A stretch of 62,898 nt of DNA, filler included, from Hyphochytrium catenoides (lineage: Eukaryota > Protista > Hyphochytriomycota): NCBI GenBank assembly GCA_900088475.1. It is 5 parts of 5 records of this genome, joined end to end, with 100 filler letters (N's around TTAATTAATTAA, not from the genome) between each part and the next. Parts side by side here need not be neighbours in the genome. Positions count along the whole stretch, not along the records: positions 22,805 to 45,716 come from FLMG01002760.1; positions 45,817 to 56,840 come from FLMG01001636.1; 3 more parts are not named here. The stretch is one strand, 5' to 3'. Below the pieces are notes generated by a model that was not told where the DNA came from, did not search any database, and was given only the letters and a program-made list of their open reading frames with translations. Every line of letters begins with the position of its first letter. Within the stretch, counting starts at the first letter, position 1. Made by a program: the position numbers and the translations under genes. Shown here piece by piece: positions 38,198 through 51,206 of the stretch.

Positions 38198-39796
38198 CCT
38201 AGAGATGAAAGTGGGGATTTCGATTCGACTAAGCAAATGTTCTCCTACTTAGTATACAAGAGTTAGGGTGAAGGGGCCTAAGAAATGTTAGTATAACTTA
38301 GGTGGCTGAGAGGACAGAAACCCATCTCCTATTGGGTCATTCACGACTTCGACACGCTGCATGACGCACCTAGGAGCCGCCAAAATAGTTGACCACGCAA
38401 CGTGGTCCCCATAATGAGCCTCGTCTTCCAAACAGGAGAAAGCGACCCCAGTACCTCTCTTCTTTTATGTCCAAGCGTATATATCTGTAGATAAGAGAAC
38501 CCTTGAGCTTCTTCCAATCCGCCGAAGAAAGGCAAAAATGAGCCTGAGAGAGCAAAGATTTGGGCGGATGAAGTTTTATACAAGAGAACTGCTCCGCCCC
38601 AAGATAAGGGCGAGGCGAATGTGAAGGGCGCCTGATCCTTGTTCCGTGAACCCCTACAGTCATTTCGCGTTACCACTTCGCTCCAAAAATCTTCTGGTCT
38701 TTCTCCTTGTCCTAGCTCCTCTTAATCAGATAGTCATTTATCCCTCCATCAGACGAGTCCGCCAATCGTCATCCTTCTCCAAGTTCACTACGATCAGTGC
38801 AGGTAAAACAACTACGTAATGGAAGAGCCACTAAGATGGTGATGGTCCCGAGGAGGACATCTTCTTTGCTGGAAAATATTCTTACTTTAGGCTATGATAG
38901 CGCGCTGCAGGCGAGCTGCATCTCGGCGAGAGGAGAAAAATGACAAATGTTTTGGCTGGCAGTTGCACTGTGGATCAAGCAGACGGAAAAGTAGATGAAA
39001 GAGGCAGTAGGGGAGGAAGATTGGCCAAAATAGGAGTTCATATAATAGCCGAAGTCATAAAAGGGCAGTAGTGCAGGTATAATGACGCAGAGAATTTGTG
39101 CGAAGATATTCGTCGGCAGACTATGGAAACAGCTCCACAACTCGGCTGACCGAGGGAGATTTCCACAAGCGACGAAAGTGGACAGGAGGAGGAGGCAGGC
39201 ACATCCTAAGGCTGGAGGGCGCAATTCTGCGTTACTGATGCTGGGGACTAATTTTAACGCTACTCTTCCGGTAGCTTAAGAGGCAGAATACAATCCCCCA
39301 AGCTTGCTCAGGGTTCTTTCTTCGCTGACACCATTTTGTTGTCCTTCGTCCACCGTCGCTCACTTCCAACGCCGAGGCGCTTCTCCTTTGATCATTCTTC
39401 ACTGATAACTTCTAACTCTATCCACTGCTGACCTTTGAGAAATTTTTATTGACTCTAGCAATCACGCAGTCTGAAACAAAATGAGCTAACGAAGGCGGTA
39501 GGAAGGGAGGGCAATGGAGACTCCCAGAGGAACAAAAGTGGAGGGCATCCGCGAGGATTAGGGAAAGAGAGAGAGGAAAAGAAAACGTGACCCATCACAG
39601 CCCAGACTTAGATATTGGAGTAGTTGAAGCAGAAGGCAGCGCCCCTACCCGGGTGGGCCAATCAGCAGAGATATTTGCTCTTTTCTTCTTTCTCGCATCC
39701 TTCATTCGCCTCGTGTAGAAAAAAGACCAAGGGCTTCTTCTAGCATGAACGGCGCTGCTCACTGAGTCGAAGGAAGAAGCGACAACAGAGGCCAAT

Positions 39797-39936
39797 CAAA
39801 TATTTGTTAAAAGAAGGAGTGGAAAGGTCAAGAAAGTCGTGATTTCTGGTCCGCTTGATTATGGGGAAGCTATCCTGACGGCAGAGATATGACGGAGCAC
39901 ATTGAAAAAAGCTCCGTACTAAAGATTGCTGTCTAA
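39797..39936 (+). pseudogene. Possible decayed ubiquitin-like domain
   Basis: Three frames in order give QIFVKRRSGKVKKVVI / RLIMGKL / DGRDMTEHIEKSSVLKIAV, collinear with ubiquitin QIFVKTLTGKTITL / RLIFAGKQL / [20 protein letters not shown]. Frameshifts and an internal deletion are required. Confidence 0.4.
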
Positions 39937-40764
39937 GTAATTACTAGCCCATAAGACACCAGTAAGCATAATTCTTGTCGTGCTGCCGCGTTCCGTCCTC
40001 CTGCTCCTTCTTCTGCAAGAGTTTCACACCCTGGTTCTGCTCCGTCTTCTCCTCGCTTGTTGGCGACCTCAGTGTTCTTTATGGGGAACAATCATTTAGT
40101 CTCTTTATCTTGGGCAAGTTAGTTGGGGCTCTCTTTTGAGAGGGAGAAGGAGCGGTCTCTTTTTGCACGAACAAAGCCCTTCTTCACTTACACTTCCTTC
40201 CAGAAGTTAATGAATTTTAATGCCTCCTTCCTCATTGACACCGCAGAAATGAAGAACAGTGAAGAGACACAGGCACCAAGGCACCAACTTCCTAACAATA
40301 CGAAGGTCCTTCTGAGCAATACAAGGGAGAAGCAACTAAGTATTGCTAAGAAGGAGAAAGAAAACGAACGGCCGCCATTATACGTTTCTTNNNNNNNNNN
40401 NNNNNNNNNNNNNNNNNNNNNNNNNNNNNNNNNNNNNCAGCCTGGGTCTCCAACCTTCCGTGTCATCGTCCGCCTCCATCTGCTCCACGCGTTGTGTATT
40501 CTCTAAAAAGGGATTCCGTCAACTCCTTGTGCCAGGCAGAGAAGCTCCAGAAGTCTTTGTGATGGAACAAGATACCTTGCATGACCATTATAAGCAGAAG
40601 GACGAGAATGACCGGAAACGGCTCGAGGACCTTCAAAAAGGATGAAAAGCCTCCGTCTTCTTCTCTTCTCCAGGTGCTCTTCTACCTGTGTTCATTTCGT
40701 GGAGTACCTGTAGTCTTCTGAGCTTTTTTGAGCTCTCCTTTTACCGCTCGGAGCACGCGCTACG

Positions 40765-41125
40765 TGGATAAGAGAAGAGGGAGGTCAGGGGGGAGGACAG
40801 CGAGGAGGATGGCTAGTCCTGTGTCTCGTGGGCTAACCATTGGCTAATCAACGTAGCTCTTACTGCGGAGGAGGCTGCTTGTAATCTCTAACTCGTCTCC
40901 TTTGTCTTCTTCATCTCGCCTTTCTACATTCTACTCCATCAAGCTATTGTTCTTCCTCCTTCCCTCCTTCTGCTGAAGTCGATTTTCCTGGCCAATAAGG
41001 TTATCGAGTCAAGTTATTTGATTGATGGGAGACGTTTTCAGGGATCACCTCCTCGGAAGTCTTCCTCTGCGAAGCGTTTTCGGGACTGAGACCTAGCCAG
41101 CCGAGGCGAAGACCTAGCTAACTTG
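40765..41125 (-). repeat. Diverged ~300-350 bp dispersed repeat, copy A
   Basis: Aligns by eye with 44075-44400 in the same orientation: gatggctagtcc..acgtagctcttactgcggaggaggctgct vs gatgggtagtcc..gcgtagcgcttactacgaaggaggctgct; ctgagacctagccagccgaggcgaagacctagcta vs ctgaggcctggccagccgaagcgaagacttagcta. Confidence 0.75.
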
Positions 41126-42698
41126 CCAATTCTCTTCCTTTATATTACACCTTGAACTAGGTTAAAGCGACTTGTGGCGCTATAAAAAATGGGGGGGAAT
41201 ATCTCGCGTCAGATGCTGGAAAGTTGAATGTTTGCTGTCCTTAGCGACCTTCAAGTAACTTCTTCAGTGGCACGGCATTGGGCTGGTGAGCGGCTAAGGA
41301 CCGGGCCTTCTCTTCTTCCCGCCTGGTCTCTCGCAGTAAGGGAGGTTTTTTTGCTTTTTTTCTCTATGAGGAGATCTGCATCACCGAGCTAAGAATTCCC
41401 TGGGAGAGCTCCTGCTGCCGCCGTGACGTTCAGATAAATCGGGACAGCGAAATCTCCGCTAACTTAAGTGAAGAAGCCCGTCATAAAATAGCAACCTCTC
41501 GGAACGAAGTGACCGAGTGCTCAGCATAAGCTTTCTTTAGTTGTCGGCCTTCTTGCAAATCTTCGTGGACCTATAGTGAAGGTGCTGGGGCGCAATACTG
41601 ATCGTCATCGCAAGTCCTACGTCTCCCGGGGAGTGATCACTCGTCCTTCAATATCAGTCATAATCTTCATAACTCAACATCGGCTATCTTCATTCATTCT
41701 CCTGGTGCTGGCTGCTGACTCTTTATCGTGGAGGTGATGTATTATGTTTGGTGCCGTTCATAAATGGCATCAACCAGCAGCACGGAGACGCACTGCCACA
41801 CAGCAGCAGTATCCACAACTATCCGTATCTACATACCACACGTAGCAGCAAGCTTCTGATAGATCACGTATATCTATACAGATGATATTTTCCATTTTAG
41901 TCAATAACCGTCTAGTGGTCTACCTGGTCCTTCGTTTCACTCTCCTGTTACTGCCTGCCTCCTCGGAACCAAAGGGAGATCCTCTCCGTTCTATCCACCC
42001 TTACGTTTTCCCTCCTTGTTTTAAAAATCTTTCTCTTTAATCAACAATAAGATGGAACAGGATAAAGAAGGAAAAAGAAGAAACGACGAGCTAGAAGCTA
42101 ATAGCCTTATTATCCTCCTTCTGACGAAGTACTTATGGGATGAAACCGGTAACAGACCAGCAGGCCGATTAAGACTTAGCGGCCAATATCCACCTAAGGA
42201 CTCGTGGCGGGCCTGCAGATGAGTTTCTGACTTAAACAATGAACAAGAAAAGAAGATACTTCTGCGAACAAAGGAGGAATCGTGGGCCGTCGTTGTCAAC
42301 CAGACAACAGCGGACGGTCCGAGAAAGGAGATATGATGCCCCAGTGTTGACAGCGCGGCGCTATAATGACTTATTAGAATAGAGAAAAATCGTCCAACCG
42401 AAGTCAAAAAGGCCATCCAACAAGTCGCGGCAGAGGGACGGAGCAAGTGACGCGAGGGTTAAAGCCAAAGTAATTCTTATCTATAGAAATTAGAACGACT
42501 ACCAGCAGTTACCATGGAAATGACCAACCCAAAAACATTTTCCGGTCAAATCTAGTACTAACAAGTGGCTAAAGACTATAAATTATATACGTTTATAAAG
42601 AAGAGCGTGATAGTATTCGCTTCGGCCAGCCTCTGTGGTATGGAGGAAGACCAAGGATGCGTCCTGAAGGAAAGTGAGAAGGTGCTTTGCCTGTACCT

Positions 42699-42751
42699 GG
42701 GCTAGCCAGGCCTCAGTCCAGACAGGCACCACCACGCAGAGGAAGACTTCG
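42699..42751 (+). repeat. Partial copy D of the same repeat
   Basis: ggctagccaggcctcagtcc..cgcagaggaagacttc matches the reverse complement of copy A (ggctggctaggtctcagtcc..cgcagaggaagacttc). Confidence 0.55.
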
Positions 42752-43006
42752 TAGGAACGCGCGCGGGAAACAAATGCCTTTACCTTAGAGAGAACTTTAC
42801 AAACAGGAATATAGAGGGTAAGGAGAGAGTCTCCCTTGAGAGAGTCACTCGACCTAATAAAGCAACGATGTAACATGCAAGAGAGATCGAACCAAGAGGC
42901 TACCCTAGAAACATGCAACAGAGGAGAGGTCACATCCCATACACTGGCCGATCTGTTCCAGCGCGCAGGCAGGTTAGTAGCTGTCAGAGGAAGTACACAT
43001 ATAACA

Positions 43007-43280
43007 CCCTCACCGCGAACGAGGCTCCACAGAGGAGACTTCTAAGGCAATTATCCCCTTAAATCGAAGCGAACTTAATTGACTGATCAACCTCCTTAGC
43101 AAGGACAAATCGAGATCAAGGAGGAGCAGAGAGAAGAGGAGGAGAAGAAGAAGAGGGAGAGAGACGAGATGAGGGGATAGATCTACCGATGAGAGCAGCC
43201 TCCTTCGTAAAAAGAGCAGAGCTACGCTGATAGCCAACCGTTGGTCCAGGAGACTTGGACGACCATCCTCGTGGCTAGTT
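43007..43280 (+). repeat. Dispersed repeat, copy B (inverted relative to A and C)
   Basis: gatgagagcagcctccttcgta..gctacgctgatagccaaccgttggtccaggagact matches the reverse complement of 44145-44208 (gatgagagcagcctccttcgta..gctacgctgatagccaaccattggcccaggagact). Confidence 0.8.
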
Positions 43281-44074
43281 CAGGTGATATTAGTGCTCCT
43301 GGTCCCAGCTCTGCTCAAATAGATAAGCGAGGAGAGCTTGTAGTTCAGAGGCGCACATGGTACTACTACACGGAACATACCGGTATAACAACACTACCCA
43401 TTATTTTCGCGCGCAACTGCTGGCCGCAGACCGATAATACCTGGGCTAGCCTTTGCTTATGACGGCGAACACTACACGCTACCTTATCAAAATGAGTCAG
43501 AACTTTGCGGATGATATGTCTCGTCATGGCGGACGTTTCCACTGATGTTATTGCCGCTGCAAAACACTCGACCATCTTCCCACTTTTCTGATTGCGTCCT
43601 TCATCTATTTGTTCTGGGTGACCATCATGGCTTTTCCTCTTGCCATCATGAGGGGCCCTCCCGTCGTCAACGCCCAACAACCGCAAACTGCAGTACGACG
43701 TACGTCTTCTCGTGAACCTAAGGTTCCCTATAATAAGTCCCGACAGTCAAGCAAGTGTCAAGTTCCCTCTGCTTCCCTCTATCCATACGCAGAGACGTTC
43801 TGCCCAGCGGACGAAGAAGAAGTAAAAGCTGCACTCACCACGAGGAATCAGACGGTGGTGGGGACTCTTTTTCGAAGACAGCAGCTAGTGTGGGTACGCT
43901 AGCATAATTCTCCCTTATGATTAGAGGTTCTGCTCCGATCTCGGTGGCAGCCTTCTCTACTATTCTCGAAAAATGCGGGTTGTGTTGTATGTGAATACTC
44001 CGTGTAGTAGTACCATATACTCCTCTGAAGTACAAGCTCTCGCTTTATCTCTTGGAGCTAGCGCTGGGGCGAGG

Positions 44075-44400
44075 AGGTGGATAGGAGAAGGCTCGCCAGC
44101 GCCGCGGCCTTTTGAGGAATTAGCCGACGAAGATGGGTAGTCCCAGTCTCCTGGGCCAATGGTTGGCTATCAGCGTAGCGCTTACTACGAAGGAGGCTGC
44201 TCTCATCTCTAGTTCTATCCTTCTCTCCCTCCTTCTTCTCTCTCTGCTCTCCCTGAGATCGGTTTGCTTCTACTCACAATATAAATCAGTCATTAAAGTT
44301 CGATCTAAGAGAAAAGTCCTTAGAGTCGCCTTGAGAGTCTTCGTCTGCAGAGCTTTGTCGAAGCTGAGGCCTGGCCAGCCGAAGCGAAGACTTAGCTAAA
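44075..44400 (-). repeat. Dispersed repeat, copy C
   Basis: See copies A and B; B and C form an inverted pair around ~800 bp. Confidence 0.8.
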
Positions 44401-45716
44401 CCCATTGCTCGCTCTTTTTACTAATACTACAGGTTGCGTCTGGGAGAGAAGACATGTGATTAGTGTGGGGGTGGCGGGGCCCAAACAAGCGAAGACAAGA
44501 GCTAGGAGACAATTCACTAGATGGGATGTAGAGAGCAACGGGCACCACAGAAGATCTATCGCTCTTTTGATGAAAGGTGCTAGGTGATTGTTGGAAGTGG
44601 CTAAGTTACGGTAGGAGAATCCCTTATTACTTCAATATCATACAGCTCATGCAGTGACAGGATATCTCTGGCTGCTTCTTCATTAGAAAAAAAAACTCTG
44701 GATACTTCTCCCTAAGATCTACGTTATTTCACTTCTGCCTCTGAAAGAAGCTGCGAGAGAGAATTGCACCAGTGTTGTGACTACTGTGACCTCCTTCTTA
44801 TCAGTAGGGGTAGATGCAGAACAAGACATCAGTCTCTTCTTGTGGAAAGCAGAGAAGAAAGATCCCTCTTCGCGAAAAGATAGGACAAGAAAGAGTTCTA
44901 CTACCAAAACGCGCTATGAAGAAAAAGGCTTTGCAGCATGCATTTATCTTAAAATCAAGAACAAAGGATAGCAAATCCCATCATTTACATTAGACAAGGC
45001 TCATTCAGGATAAGCAGCAGCAGCTCGCGACAAAAAAGTCAATTTCTGCGGAAATCGCAGCCATCCTTGGAGAACTGCTGGGAACTCGAGCAGAACATTA
45101 CCGACGGTCTTTCCAGAAAGTATAGTCTAAGGGCATCTGTCAAAATCTTTAGAAGTCTGGTCATGATCTTTTTTCTTCTTGTAGGAATACAAGACTTCTT
45201 CTTTGTGAAGCCGTACAGGCCATACTGAAAACAAATATCGGGAGGCAACCAAACAAGCTCATCAAGAAGGAAGCCTCTCAACAATTAGCTGAACTTTCTC
45301 CTTTCCAATATGGAAGAAAGTAAACGACAGTCATCATCAGGGTTCTAAGGATAGAACTGGCGAAGAAAATGTTGAGAGCAGTCCGGTCACGACGTACCAA
45401 CCGGCACGCTAACAGAGAAACAAAGGAGGAACAGCGGTTAAGCCGATCACCTCACAGACAGATCTAAGAGCTAATACAGCGGTAAAGCTGTTATGAAGGT
45501 CCGTTCAGCTAAAGACGCTTTAGCGGGTTGGCTAGCTGAGTTTTCTGGTGCTTGGCAAATTGCAGAATGAATTCACTACTGACAAGTCGGCAAAGAGCTC
45601 AGCTCATCTTAACTCTAGAAGCTATTGCTCTTCTGCTCTACCCTAACTTTAACTATGAGCTATACTACCTTCTGTTGAGGATCAAACTTTTCTCTCACGT
45701 TCTTTCATCTGACTCT

Positions 45717-45816
45717 NNNNNNNNNNNNNNNNNNNNNNNNNNNNNNNNNNNNNNNNNNNNTTAATTAATTAANNNNNNNNNNNNNNNNNNNNNNNNNNNN
45801 NNNNNNNNNNNNNNNN
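45717..45816. other. Artificial contig-join linker (N44-TTAATTAATTAA-N44)
   Basis: Same 100-nt construct. Confidence 0.95.
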
Positions 45817-45966
45817 CTCTCTCTCTCTCTCTCTCTCTTCTCCACTGATTCTTGGGCACTTCTCTGTAAGCTTGGTCGGTGGTATTGGGCGGGCGCTCAC
45901 CGGCAGGGAAATTTTTGCATTGAGACTTGGTTAGCACAAGGACTGGAAGTTGAGAGGAGAGAGAGG

Positions 45967-46009
<43 letters not shown>

Positions 46010-46905
46010 CGAGAGAAGAATGGGGAAGAGAGAGGAAGAGAGAGCAAAAGAGTAGATGAACGACCTTCTGGGAAGTGAGAGAAAGAGAGAGAAAGAGAGA
46101 AGGTGATGGAATGTCTAACATAAGGCAAGGCCCAAGACAGAAAAGGAGAGAGAGAGAGGGAAACGATCAGAACTCGATTGTCTTCCTTGCACCTCGACCA
46201 CATTCCGAGCATATCCTGAATATTTAGCTCCATTGACGATAAATAGGGGGCGTTATCATTGTACTCATTCTGAATGTATGGCAGATAGAGCCAGTCTTTA
46301 CTGGCTCTCTCCTTTCTCACTCTCTCCGTCTCTCTCTCTCTCTCTCGCCTCGCTCCCTATCTTACTATCTGTGTGTGTCTCTCTCTCTTTTCTCTTCTGT
46401 TTGTCTCCCAGCTATTGGTTCACTTGCTAGTAGATGCTGGAGAAGATTTTGTCATGGCCGTGCTTCTCTAGACACTCACTCTCTCTTCCTCGGCCTGTCA
46501 GCTTGTGGTCATGCGACAATTAGCTCCTCCACACCAGAGTAAGATCCCTTTGTGGCTGCTGACTCATCTGGTCTCTCTCTCTGTCCGTCTTCCTACTTCT
46601 GCTGACAGACCTCAGGAGATTGACGGTTCTAGTCGTTGAATCAATGCTCCTCCTCTAATCTCCTGGAAGTATGTCAACAGAATGACCTTTGTTTGTTGCC
46701 AGGTCCTAAGGATGACACTCAGATTCATACAGGTCACTGGGCAGCTCCAGAGAAGGCCACCGCTTTGCTCCCTCATGTTTCCCGGCTCCTGGCCTTTGAA
46801 GGCAGGCCTTAGGCGACCTCTTAGGCTCGACTAGCCCGAGTTATATCTATCCCAGTCATAGGGATCTCATAGTTTAAAGCATTTGACATAAAGTTCTCAT
46901 CTTGT

Positions 46906-49900
46906 TCAGAGCCTCATAGGCGTTATAGGCAGTGGGTGTGCCTCAGTGTTGAAGACATACTGGTGAAGCGGGAGGAGAGAGGGATCGTCACTGTAAAGCA
47001 GGAAGAAGTACTTTAGCGTCTCAGCAAGAAAGAAGCTTTCCATCACATCGCGACACTTAGGCTGGTCCGATAGCAGATTTTCTAGCGCGCAGTAGCCGCC
47101 TGTCGGGACCTGGTGTACCGCAGTATGGAGAGATAATGAGTTAGCAAAACAACGACAGGGGAGAAGAAGAGAAGCGCTGGAGTTGGAAGGAGACTTGCCT
47201 TCGCATGCTTCTCAAAAGCTTCAAAGATCTCCCAGCCCCAATCTCGGTACTTCGGATTGGCTGGCAAAAAGCAAACATTAGCGAGAAAGATGAAGGAGCA
47301 AGGCAGGTAGTCAGTGAACTGCTGCACTCTCGCAGCAGAGACAAAAGCACGTAAGAAGCAGCGGAACAAAGCATGCATGGTATTGAGATCGCAAACATTC
47401 TGCGACAAAGAACAGGAAAAAGAAGCGAGCAAGAAGAAAGAGAGAATGGGGGGAAAGGGAAGAGAGAGACGAGAGAGAGAGAGAGAGGGAGAGAAAAGAG
47501 AGAGAGTTAGAGAGTGAGTGAAAGGGATGTGTTTAAAGAGTAAAGGCGAGATGATGATAAGGCAGTTGCTACCTGTGACTCTATGTAGAATAAATAAGCT
47601 CTCCACTGTCTCAGGCCGACCGAGATTGAAGGCGTCGGCTGGGTGGATAGACATGTCCTGACCTTCATCGAAATAGACAATCTCAGGAGCTAGACCCGAA
47701 GGAGTGGCCTTGTACATCTATTTCATGAGGTTAGAGTTAGCAGGAGTAATCAGTGCCAAGGTAGGCTGCATGACCCAGAACAAGCTCGTGATATCAGGGC
47801 GAGCAGACTGGAAAGGGATCCCAAGTGTGGCAAAGATCAAAGGTACATCTCTAGAGACCGAAGGACACTGACTGTCGCAGGAAAATAAAGACGCTAACAC
47901 TGGCGGGAGAGCAGGAGAGACCCTTGAAATTTGACTTTGATGACTTTGACTGGGAGAGGGAAGTGAATGAGGTTGTCTGCCTTTCTGCCTGTGTATGAGG
48001 AGAGAATGAGAGAGCGCTAAGGACAGATGACCTTGTAGCAGGTGTGCATGAGATGCTCTGCGGTCTCAAGGTGCNNNNNNNNNNNNNNNNNNNNNNNNNN
48101 NNNNGGAAGGAGAACATGCAACCTTGCTGTGTCGCACCTGTCATGGCCTCCATATACCGTTCTTTATGCTTTTCTACTTTCTTCTCTCCAAGTAGCCACT
48201 GCGGCACGGTACGTGAGAATGGTCTGATGAAAGTACGAAGTACGGGAAAAGCAGCACTATAGAGCAAAGTAAGAGGAACAGGTAGAGGGCATCAGAAAGA
48301 GGGAGGGACAGGCGACAGCTATGAGACCATCGCAAGGCTTGCTACCTGCTTGAGAAGGTACTCATAGTAGCTATCCCCTCGGGCCCCAAAAGTAATGGTG
48401 CTAGCTGCATTGAAGCTAGCATTGGGGTTAGATCAACCAATACTCCGCGGATGGCATAGGACGGCAGAAGTCGAGAATGAGAGAGGAAGACGATGTCATA
48501 AAGTTAAGGGAGACGGTGACAGCCAGTAACAGAAAGTTGAAGCTGTCATGTTTGAGGTTCCGCAAATGGCCTCCGGGACGTCCTACCTTCCGGAGTCTGG
48601 GTTGATGAAGATTGGAACAAGCCCTTCTAGCTTCGGCAAGCTTGCAAGCTAACAGGGAACGTGAATCAAGGCTGTGAGGTCAAGCTGGCTGAATTTAAGA
48701 GTCCCCGATGACTGAGAGACGTGAGAAGAGGGATTGATCTAGGTCAGAGAAAAGGCTGCTCACCGCGTCCGAAGCGTTGTCGACCAGCTGTCGATACCTG
48801 TCATCAGCCAAGAGTAAGCTCAGGTATTGAAATTCCAGCTGAATGGTGGCCACTTCGGATGTTGAACTGCTAGAAGTGAACTCTGGAGCCTTTGCTGCCC
48901 CTGTCTGCACACGGCATAGTAGCAGCGACAACGACAGAAAGTATATAAGGCAAGGCGGACGAAAGGGAAGACGGATAAACGAGACAGGAGAGATGCAGAA
49001 GAGAGAAAGGACACTTTAGACAGGAAAATAGCAAGAGACGCGGGACACGGAGAAAGACACCCACCATATTTTAAGACAGCCAGTCCGCGGAACGAGGGAA
49101 GGAGGGATAAAAGAAGCAAACAGGGCGAAAAGTTAGGAGAAGACGATGACAGGCTTAAGGAGGACATTGCTCTTTACCCTTAAGTTGACGTCAGAGTAGG
49201 GGATAGCGGAAGGAGACGAGAAGGCTTTGCTGAGCCTGCTGCCAAGGTCCTCAGCATGTGACAGAAACATATGGTCTCCTGTGACAGGAAGGAGATAGAA
49301 ACAGCTATCAGTTCACTGATAAGCAGCTCGTCACGTGCCTTGCCAAGATAAGTGAGCTGTCGTCCTCTTCCATCTCCCTCACTCCCAGGATACGTAGTTC
49401 GGTATTGATTTTCCTGTCTAGTCTTTTACTCCCCATTCCCTGAGATGCCTTCCGCCTTGTCAAGACAGAAATGGCGGAGAGGTGAGCCAGAGTACCTGTG
49501 AGAGCGAAAGCACTTAGTAGCCCTCCGAGTCCTCTGATGGTTGTCTCAAAGAGGTTTACATAGACATCCAGGTCAAAGGTGAGCTTCTCTCTGCACCATT
49601 GGCTGGCTTGCTCAAACTCTTCCATCATTCCCATAAGATATAGAGTGTCCAGAGAGTCTAAGATGCTAAGCCCGATCCCATAGCCGTTCCAAGCCGATCC
49701 TCGCTGAGAGAGAGGGAGAAACAGATCTTGTCCGAAAGCATACTGAACATATCCGTGGTTCCAGGCCCATTTCATGGCCTCTACCACTTGAGCCTGTTGA
49801 GGGCTGAAGCCCGTCCTGTCGTGACTCTTAAGCGGTTCGGCGTTTAACTCATCAAGCAAAGAGCTGTTCCCAGCCTGTCTCTGTGGAAGTTGATGGGGCT

Positions 49901-50153
49901 GCTGTAAGCATTCAAACTGCTGCAGAGGCCCGATAGGAACCGCTCTATTGGCCAAGCAGCTGAGATCTGCGGACTCTAGGTGGTGGAGAGGAGGTGTCGC
50001 ATAGGGCGTGGCGAAGGAAGAAAATGCCAGCAGAGACAGAGCAATCCCTGTCCGTAACCGCAATGAACAACAAGCCTGGAGAGAGATATGAGGGCCACGG
50101 CGCTGATGACATGGAACTGGGAAGAGGGTGTCCTTTCTCCGGTTCGAAGCCAT
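46906..50153 (-). CDS. Class I alpha-1,2-mannosidase, GH47 (ER mannosidase MNS1/MAN1B1-like), at least 10 exons, part lost in an N gap
   Basis: N-terminal [76 protein letters not shown]|[48 protein letters not shown]. Confidence 0.95.
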
Positions 50154-51206
50154 ATTGTCGTCTTGTAGACAAGCCAGGTCGCTCGAGTCTACAGCCTTAA
50201 ATGCCCGTGCCCCGAACAAATATTAGATGGCATCCACTTGACACTTATTGACTTAACCGGTTCTCCGCCTCACTGGTCCCCAATAGCACTCTCCCATCAG
50301 CGAACTTCCTCCAAATTGGACTGCATGAGCCACAGTCACTAGTTGAGGTTAACGAGGAGAAGAAAGCGATGGGGCGTAGAGGGAGATGAGACTAACTCTG
50401 CGTCAGAGGATTGCGAGAAAAAAAAACGAGCTTCGCAGAGTCCATAGAAAATGACAAGCGAAGCAAGGACATGATCCACTAAGCGGAGGAAAGGCACATG
50501 ATAGCCTGTGGCCGGTGTCTAAACAAAGCTGAGGGATAGAGGCGAGAACGAGGTGCCCAGCCAGGCAGCTGAAGAGCGGACGCGAAAGGTCATTCTGACA
50601 GAGAAATGAAGAGCTTCAGAAGAGATTTTTTGAGATCTCCATCATCGAGATGTAAACGCCGTTAGCGGCTTCGTTGGGCTTTCGTGTGCTCAAGCCTCAC
50701 CATGTTACGCTCAGTGTGACTATTCTGAACGCAAGCGGTTGTAAGTACTGGATTCCTAATGAAGATTTGTAGTGTAGGACTCTCTTTAGCGCGCCTTGTT
50801 GATAGAGCTTTTGATGAAGCCAGGAATTTTGAGAGTGTGATTAATGAAGGGTTATGAAGAAGAGCACGAGCTCGACTAAGCTCGAGAATCTACCTACTTG
50901 CTATTCTGCTAAGTCTATTACTACTACAGTGTCTAACAGTGCTAAGTCCTAGTTCTTAAGCTAAAGGATGAGGAATTAGAGCTGACTACTATCGATAGAG
51001 TCTCATTAAGGAAACCAAAGCCAGGACAGTAGTTAGCAAGAGAAGAAGAGGAAGAAAGCATAAGCTGCTAAGGGGAATCTGGTCTTGAGGGGAAGCTTGC
51101 CAAGTGGCACGTTCCAGCAACGCTCCTGACACGTGGCACAGTCGAAGGCTTGCTGACGAGAGAGAGAAGTGCCAATCAGAAGCTGCCACTGGATGACTCT
51201 AAAGAG

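Noticed and set aside
38341-39279. ORFs of about 100 aa downstream of the ARM gene
   Set aside because: Overlapping, mostly non-ATG starts, no recognisable homology.
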